IMG/VR virus record: IMGVR_UViG_3300027708_003081
Reading direction: 5' to 3' (one strand)
From: a virus
Lineage: Duplodnaviria; Heunggongvirae; Uroviricota; Caudoviricetes
Length of the DNA stretch: 64,000 nucleotides
The notes under the pieces are model-generated. The model did no database searches. It was not told where the DNA came from and saw only the letters and a program-made list of their open reading frames with translations. A program made the position numbers and the translations under genes. How positions within the stretch are numbered: position 1 is the stretch's first letter; each line of letters opens with the position of its first letter. Below are positions 57,980 to 64,000 of the stretch, in pieces.

Positions 57980-58328
57980 TTTCATTAAATCCTTTATAAT
58001 GTTTAACTGAATCTTCAACTAGTGATTTTCCACTTATAATTGAATTTTCAATCATTCTGTTTATTGCTTGAACATATTTAGGTCTTTTAACTTTAAAACA
58101 AATATCAATTTTTCTTTTCAAGTCCGCCACTTCAAATTCTGTTTTGGCATCACTAATCGCATCTTCTAAATACCACATTCTACAATGTAGAATAGATAAT
58201 TTCTCAATAACTTCACCTATGTTATCGGTCTCAATAATATCATCAGGGATTGATACATTTTTACTGTTATCTAAAATTTCTTTAGTTTTGTTTTTTACAA
58301 TAAGTTCAATACTTTCTCCAATATTCAT
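57969..58328 (-). CDS. Hypothetical protein (DUF4254-like)
   Basis: IGEVIEKLSIL..MWYLED. Confidence 0.55.
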   Translation of the reverse strand: MNIGESIELIVKNKTKEILDNSKNVSIPDDIIETDNIGEVIEKLSILHCRMWYLEDAISDAKTEFEVADLKRKIDICFKVKRPKYVQAINRMIENSIISGKSLVEDSVKHYKGFNENGK

Positions 58329-58329
58329 T

Positions 58330-59010
58330 TTAGTAAATTTTAACAAAATTATTTAATCCAACACTGTCTAAAAAATCATCATAATTTCTTACATACCAGT
58401 GTAAAAAGAATTTAGGTTTTTCAAAAATAAAAGAATTAATTAAATCCTTCATACCTGTTTGCATCATATGAACTTCCTCAGCATTTTCAATAACCCCTAA
58501 CATATCAAACATATAAAATTTTTTATCATTTTCAATAACTTTTAAATTAGAATTAATTTTTTTTCTGTCAATAGAAAACCCTCGGTCTTTATCATCGTGA
58601 ATATAAATGTACGGTTCTCCTGTTGGATTTAAAATATTTAAAATTTCTTTTTCTTTTTCTTTATCTCTAATAAATTTAAATTTGTTAAACCTATCGTCAA
58701 GCGACAACCCAACCATTTTGAAAAATGCCTCGTCAAAAGTTTTAGCTCCTTGGGAGTGCAGTCCCCCAAATCCAACAAATATCACGTCTTTTAATATCCT
58801 ATTATCAACAATATATTTATTAACGTCTGAATCATCCCCAACAGATAAAATATTAATATTATCATTGTCTTTATACATATATTTAACATTACTCTCATAA
58901 TGTGGTTTGCAAAAAACGGTAAGTTCATTGTGAATATCAAAAAAATGTCTAACTATTCCATTACAAATAATATGGTCTCCTAACCCTAAATGGTGATAAA
59001 TGTACTTCAT
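58330..59010 (-). CDS. Putative GT-B-type glycosyltransferase
   Basis: HHLGLGDHII motif as in GT9-like proteins; cluster context. Confidence 0.55.
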   Translation of the reverse strand: MKYIYHHLGLGDHIICNGIVRHFFDIHNELTVFCKPHYESNVKYMYKDNDNINILSVGDDSDVNKYIVDNRILKDVIFVGFGGLHSQGAKTFDEAFFKMVGLSLDDRFNKFKFIRDKEKEKEILNILNPTGEPYIYIHDDKDRGFSIDRKKINSNLKVIENDKKFYMFDMLGVIENAEEVHMMQTGMKDLINSFIFEKPKFFLHWYVRNYDDFLDSVGLNNFVKIY

Positions 59011-59636
59011 ATGCTATTTTTTAATAATTCATTCATTAACTCTTTAGTTTTTATATAATGAAATGTTATATAATTTTTAGTTTCATTTAATGGTATGTTA
59101 AAAAATTCTGGAGGTTGAGACCTAAAATATTCATAATTAATAGATTCAATCCCCATATCCCTAAGAAAAAGTCCTAGAGTGACATCAGAACATCCATTAT
59201 TTAAAATCTTAACTTGTTCAGTTATCTTCTTAAGAAGTTCAGTATGAATAACATACCCAGCACCACCCGAACAAAAATTAAGACTTCTATCTCCTGGCCA
59301 ATTACCTTCATTAAGTACTGACCCATGAACACAATTTTTATCTAAAATATTTAATAGTTCTTCTAGTTTTTTTGTATTAACGAATGTATCGTCATCACAA
59401 AAGAAAAACCATTCATAATTATTAATATTATTAGACACATAATGTAATGCATTAATATGCTTTTCCTCATTAGAACGGTAATCAGTTCTATTTGAAACTT
59501 TAATTATATTTTTTTCTTTATCTTCGTGGTCAGAATAAAATAAACAATTTACATTTTTACCCCAAGTTTCTTTGACGTTAAAGTATCTGTTTGAATACAT
59601 TGAACCATGTAGAATTACATATAAAATTTTTTTCAT
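59007..59636 (-). CDS. Fringe/GT31-like glycosyltransferase
   Basis: ETWG, WFFFCDDDTFVN, CSGGAGY, SDVTLG, TFH. Confidence 0.8.
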   Translation of the reverse strand: MKKILYVILHGSMYSNRYFNVKETWGKNVNCLFYSDHEDKEKNIIKVSNRTDYRSNEEKHINALHYVSNNINNYEWFFFCDDDTFVNTKKLEELLNILDKNCVHGSVLNEGNWPGDRSLNFCSGGAGYVIHTELLKKITEQVKILNNGCSDVTLGLFLRDMGIESINYEYFRSQPPEFFNIPLNETKNYITFHYIKTKELMNELLKNSI

Positions 59637-60289
59637 ATTATTTTTAAATAATCGTTACCGACTGGTTTATCATTTTCATCTATTCTTCCTCCGATAAATT
59701 CACCATATTCTCTATTTATTGGGAATGGTTTTTTCTCATAAAATTCATCGTGTACTTTTTTATCATTTTCAAATATAGAATATATTATTTTTAAAAATGT
59801 TTGGTCAATTCCATAAACATTTGTCTTACCAATTAGAAATTTAGTGACCATTTCCCTAATAGGTATAATTCTTCCTTTAATTCCCCACATACCAGCCAAT
59901 ATTCCAATTTTATCGTTTCCTGCGGGAATTATATGGGATGGATGGTCTCTCATAATATGAATTGATTTATTTTCATTAATCCATTCATCTACCGCCATTT
60001 TTTCTCTGACAGATATTCTTGAATCGCAATCTCTAAACACCGCATAATCACAATCAGATTTATCTGATATTAGAAATCGCCAAAAACAACCATATATGTT
60101 GCCATCATTATTTATTGTTTCAACACCTAAACTATTTAATTTCTCAATAGTTTTTACAGGAACTGAGTTATCATAATAAACAACCATTTGCCAATCAGGA
60201 TATATTAATTTCCATAATTCGGCGTTTTTAATTGCCCCAACATTATATATTGGTTTGTCCCCCCATAAACTAAAACTTAAATATTTCAT
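59633..60289 (-). CDS. Putative GT-A glycosyltransferase
   Basis: SFSLWG..Y, FWRFL, FRDCDSR (DxD), MRDHP, AGMWG, DQTFL. Confidence 0.6.
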   Translation of the reverse strand: MKYLSFSLWGDKPIYNVGAIKNAELWKLIYPDWQMVVYYDNSVPVKTIEKLNSLGVETINNDGNIYGCFWRFLISDKSDCDYAVFRDCDSRISVREKMAVDEWINENKSIHIMRDHPSHIIPAGNDKIGILAGMWGIKGRIIPIREMVTKFLIGKTNVYGIDQTFLKIIYSIFENDKKVHDEFYEKKPFPINREYGEFIGGRIDENDKPVGNDYLKII

Positions 60290-61026
60290 AACAATTTTTC
60301 ATAATTATCTATTATTTTTTGTTCACTAATTCCTTGTGTTTTATGACTATCAAATTGAAAATGACGTAAAATATTAGGTAATATTTTAACATTTTTAATC
60401 TTATTTAAAATATAAAAAGTGCTAATTGACCGTTCAACAAGATGTCCGGAAAAATTAGATTTTTTAATATCATCAATCATAGGTTCCATCCATTCCATAT
60501 ATTGTTCAAAAGACTTTTTACTAAAGGTGTGGTTAGATGTCATTGAACAAATTGTTGTGGATGGTAATTTACTAATTTCATTTAATGTATCAACTTTATA
60601 ATTAACCTTAATCGAGTTTAATAATTCTAATGACCACTGAGGATGTTTTAAAAAATCATAATGATGTGGACTAAATGGTATATAACCAATAATGTTAGTG
60701 TTTGGCGTCAAGTTATTTGTTATAACATCATTAAAATTAGACAATAAATTAATATCGTACTCAAATAAATCAATAAAATCTTCATTATATAATTTATTTT
60801 TCCAAATAGCATACCATCCAGTAAACGATGTTAATTTGGGATATCCCTCAATGTTAATAGGTAAATTTCTACAAATAATGATATTCGATTTATCCTCAAT
60901 TTTTGAAATGTCGCCTCCACCAACAAAGACATACGTTAGATTATCTGTTTGTTTAAATTTCCCAACTCTTAAATAATCTAAAATTATTTGTTGGTCGTGA
61001 ACAAATATATATGTTTCTTTTTTCAT
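60286..61026 (-). CDS. Putative glycosyltransferase-like protein
   Basis: LFEYD, YMEWM, HLVER; cluster context. Confidence 0.5.
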   Translation of the reverse strand: MKKETYIFVHDQQIILDYLRVGKFKQTDNLTYVFVGGGDISKIEDKSNIIICRNLPINIEGYPKLTSFTGWYAIWKNKLYNEDFIDLFEYDINLLSNFNDVITNNLTPNTNIIGYIPFSPHHYDFLKHPQWSLELLNSIKVNYKVDTLNEISKLPSTTICSMTSNHTFSKKSFEQYMEWMEPMIDDIKKSNFSGHLVERSISTFYILNKIKNVKILPNILRHFQFDSHKTQGISEQKIIDNYEKLL

Positions 61027-61028
61027 TA

Positions 61029-62525
61029 TTAAATAATTGTTTTTAATTTTATATTTTCACTAATAAAAGGTATTAATACATTAGTATAGTCAAAATATTC
61101 ATTTTGTTGATTCGTCTCGTTTTTACCTCTAGTTTGACTTTCAAAGTGATAAGCAACTAACTCACCACTATATAGGTTAACATAGTTTAATATAAGACAT
61201 TTTAAATTTAACTCAACATCCTCAAAACAAGTTGTGTATTTTTCGTTAAAAAAATCACATTGTTTAAATACGTTTTTTCTAATCATTAAGAGGGCTGCAG
61301 TGGAACCTGTTACATTTTTTTGAGATATAGAATAATTGAAATAACTACCTAAACCTAAATGACCCAAATTTATTTGATTTTGTTCATTAGTCTTAATAAA
61401 TACTCCATCGTGTTGAATGGTATTATCCTCAAAATGTAGTCTACATCCTATTGTCCCAACTTTAGGTGTCGATTTGAATATTTTTAACATTCCATAAATA
61501 ACATTATTTAATAATTTAATATCGTTATTACAAAATAAAATAAATTCATAATCATCGTTAATGTGGTTTTTAACTACATCATTGTTTATTTTTGCAAAAT
61601 TATAATAGTTATACTCAATTAGAGTAATATTATTTCTAGATAAAATATAGGTTTTAATTTTATTTTTTTCATCCTCTGTAGACCCAGTGTCGGCAATAAA
61701 AATATCAAATAAATTAGTATTACAATGAGTGTAAAAAGAATCAAGACAAGAAAATAATAATTCTAATTTTCCTTTTGTTGGTATAATTACCGCAACTTTA
61801 CCAATATTTTTTAGAGGTTTTTCTTTAATTTCTGGAATATATATTTGTTGTGGTTTTAGGTCTAATGGAAGGTTTTTTCCCCATTTCTCAACAAATTTAT
61901 TTTTACTCTCCCAAAATTCCTGATTTGGTTGACCAACTGATTGATGGGTAATTTCAAAAGAAGACGTGACACCAATTTTAACTCCGTCCAAATAATTTGG
62001 TAAACAAAATAAATGGTCATAAAAATGGAATTTACCGATTGTTTCGTCAAAGGTATGTTTTATTTTATTTTTATCGAATGAAATAAATAAACCATCTATT
62101 GTAACTACAGGTATTAAAAATGGTAATTTGGCAGAATATTTACTCAGCCATTTATTTTGTCCAGCGGGATGATGGTATACTTGACCAACCATAGTTTGAT
62201 TCATCCTTTCCCAATAAACACCTGATTCTGGAAAATAACAAGAGCCCGCCTTACCTATGATTCCGTAATCAGGATTATTATTAAAATCCTCAATTAATTT
62301 TTTACCCCACCCATTTTCTAATTTAATATCGTTATGGCAACATACAATAATATTAAAAATAGATTCTTTAATACCTTTATTGTAAATTTCTGCCAAACTA
62401 TATTGGTTCATATTAACATATTCCAATATTTGAAAATCTTTAATACCAATTGTTTTAGATATTGTATCTTTAAAAATTTTATTATACTCTTGGTCTTTAT
62501 GTGTTGAATATATTATTGTTATCAT
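61029..62525 (-). CDS. Two-domain GT2-family glycosyltransferase
   Basis: CHND and FHFYD in domain 1; VIIPT, ADTGS, NFAKINN, CNND, FEDVEL, HFESQTRG in domain 2. Confidence 0.85.
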   Translation of the reverse strand: MITIIYSTHKDQEYNKIFKDTISKTIGIKDFQILEYVNMNQYSLAEIYNKGIKESIFNIIVCCHNDIKLENGWGKKLIEDFNNNPDYGIIGKAGSCYFPESGVYWERMNQTMVGQVYHHPAGQNKWLSKYSAKLPFLIPVVTIDGLFISFDKNKIKHTFDETIGKFHFYDHLFCLPNYLDGVKIGVTSSFEITHQSVGQPNQEFWESKNKFVEKWGKNLPLDLKPQQIYIPEIKEKPLKNIGKVAVIIPTKGKLELLFSCLDSFYTHCNTNLFDIFIADTGSTEDEKNKIKTYILSRNNITLIEYNYYNFAKINNDVVKNHINDDYEFILFCNNDIKLLNNVIYGMLKIFKSTPKVGTIGCRLHFEDNTIQHDGVFIKTNEQNQINLGHLGLGSYFNYSISQKNVTGSTAALLMIRKNVFKQCDFFNEKYTTCFEDVELNLKCLILNYVNLYSGELVAYHFESQTRGKNETNQQNEYFDYTNVLIPFISENIKLKTII

Positions 62526-62530
62526 AAAAA

Positions 62531-63136
62531 TTAAATTATTCCTGTTGAACCGAATCCATTATTTCCTCTATCCGTATTATTTAATTCATCTACATTATCA
62601 AACTCTACATATCTACCATTTAATACTGGACATAAAACCGCTTGTCCTATTTTCATTCCTTTTGGTATTGTTACTGTTGAATTGTTTGTGTTAAAGATAA
62701 TGACTTTAATCTCACCACTATATCCTTGGTCTACTGTCCCTGGCGTATTTAAAACCGTTAATCCTTGATTAATTGCTAATCCACTTTTTGGTCTTACCTG
62801 AATTTCTAATCCTTCTTCAAACTGAAAAGACAAACCTGTTGGTACAAGTGCCCTACCAAATGGAGGAATAATAACTTCTTCTACTGAATGTAAATCAAAC
62901 CCTGAATCTGTTGGATAGTTGTATTTAGGAAAAACAGAATCTGAATGTAATTTTTTAACTTTTATTGTTTGTGTTCTCATAGATTGATTTACCTCATTTT
63001 CAAAATCCTCACTAAAATTCATATTTATAAATTCTTCTAATTCTTTACCGTATTCTTCATCAGGAGTAAACTCTTCATTTTCTAAAATCTTACTAAATTG
63101 TTTTTTAATTTCTTCTAATTGTTTTTCGTCAATCAT
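62531..63136 (-). CDS. dut: Trimeric dUTPase with acidic N-terminal extension
   Basis: SGFDL, RPKSGLA, NTPGTVDQGYSGE, IGQ, RGNNGFGSTG. Confidence 0.95.
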   Translation of the reverse strand: MIDEKQLEEIKKQFSKILENEEFTPDEEYGKELEEFINMNFSEDFENEVNQSMRTQTIKVKKLHSDSVFPKYNYPTDSGFDLHSVEEVIIPPFGRALVPTGLSFQFEEGLEIQVRPKSGLAINQGLTVLNTPGTVDQGYSGEIKVIIFNTNNSTVTIPKGMKIGQAVLCPVLNGRYVEFDNVDELNNTDRGNNGFGSTGII

Positions 63137-63137
63137 A

Positions 63138-63839
63138 TTATTCTAAATTTTTTAATTTTTTTATTATATCAATTAATACCTTAACATCTTTCTCACAATA
63201 CTCCACAATCTCTTTTAACATATTCTTATTCCAATATGCTTCGTGTACACTCTCTCCATTAACCGCACCATCTTTAGGTGTTGGAATATCCATAGTACTA
63301 CAAAGTAAATCTAATGAACCTATAGATGTGTAAGCCCCATATTGCCATATTTCTTTGGTGTCTATGGCCTTTATTTCCCAAGGCTTTGTATCATAACTTG
63401 GAAGTAATGATGGTGGCATAAGTCCGTTGATAATCATTCTTTTTGCGAGCATCGGTATATCAAAATTCTTTAAGTTGTGTCCGCAAAGATAAAAATCTAA
63501 TTTACCACACCTATTTAAAAGAGTTTGGCAGTCCTTTAATAATTGTTTTTCATCATCACCTGAAAAGGTTTGAGTTTTAATCTCATCTTTATCGGTAACA
63601 AACGCCACACTAACACAAACTATTTTTGCAAATTCAGGAACAAGTGCAGCCCTTTTAACAAAAATAGAATCTAAAGATAGTTCCGAATCTTCAGGAAATC
63701 TTTTTTGAAACCAATCAATATATTTGATATACTGTTCCGCAACTTTTGGATTTGTTTTTTTACAAGTTTCATAGTTTTTACAACCACCAACCGTTTCAAT
63801 ATCCAAGAATAAAATCTTTGTTAAAGGTGTTTTTATCAT
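63138..63839 (-). CDS. DnaQ-like / PolB-related 3'-5' exonuclease
   Basis: LDIET, GHNLKNFDIP, YCEKDV (DEDDy). Confidence 0.85.
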   Translation of the reverse strand: MIKTPLTKILFLDIETVGGCKNYETCKKTNPKVAEQYIKYIDWFQKRFPEDSELSLDSIFVKRAALVPEFAKIVCVSVAFVTDKDEIKTQTFSGDDEKQLLKDCQTLLNRCGKLDFYLCGHNLKNFDIPMLAKRMIINGLMPPSLLPSYDTKPWEIKAIDTKEIWQYGAYTSIGSLDLLCSTMDIPTPKDGAVNGESVHEAYWNKNMLKEIVEYCEKDVKVLIDIIKKLKNLE

Positions 63840-64000
63840 TTAATTAAACTTTTATAAAATTCTGCTCTATTTTTTGTTACAACATTTAAATCATATGTGT
63901 CTTTAACCGTTTCATATAATCTCTCCCCCATATCTTTTGCCATATTTGGGTTCTTAATCAACTTCTCAATAAACTTTGCCCAATCACTATGGTTTCTGTT
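63836..64000 (-). CDS. C-terminal part of a probable GT4 glycosyltransferase (truncated by window)
   Basis: Manual translation ..DWAKFIEKLIKNPNMAKDMGERLYETVKDTYDL..RAEFYKSLIK*. Confidence 0.55.
   Translation of the reverse strand, partial: NRNHSDWAKFIEKLIKNPNMAKDMGERLYETVKDTYDLNVVTKNRAEFYKSLIK

Noticed and set aside
48192-62525. Host chromosomal O-antigen locus (prophage flank or misassembly)
   Set aside because: Genes are translationally coupled with phoH, dut and the gp55-like sigma, and wzx/wzy/priming genes are absent
1-64000. Stop-codon reassignment or suppressor tRNAs
   Set aside because: Core genes are intact in the standard code, and tRNA anticodons are CCA and TTC

Overview
AT-rich 64-kb segment of a large T4-like (myovirus-type) phage genome, almost certainly infecting a Bacteroidota (Flavobacteriia-like) host. 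Host evidence: TTTG-N19/20-TAnnTTTG promoters, no obvious Shine-Dalgarno sites, Bacteroidota-type ClpP, bS21 and tmRNA tag, and a signal peptide followed by Gln. Contents: (1) a head-assembly module with terL, portal, antisense bS21, gp21 protease, gp22 scaffold, gp23 major capsid protein and an HNH endonuclease; (2) many late-expressed hypothetical proteins sharing an I/L-x-E amphipathic leader, probably protease-matured head cargo, including an annexin-like protein and an M15 peptidoglycan peptidase; (3) a protein quality-control set (ClpP, ClpC without N-domain, Hsp20, tmRNA, FKBP/SlyD, M28-like peptidase); (4) an RNA cluster with tRNA-Trp, tRNA-Glu and two unassigned structured RNAs beside kinase and phosphoesterase genes; (5) a gp5-like spike and a gp55-like late sigma factor; (6) a ~15-kb glycosylation cluster with an apparent GDP-colitose pathway (Gmd, His-type ColD, ColC/Fcl) and GT2, GT4, GT11, GT31 and GT47 transferases, then dUTPase and a 3'-5' exonuclease. 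All family calls come from motif recognition by eye; no database searches were run.
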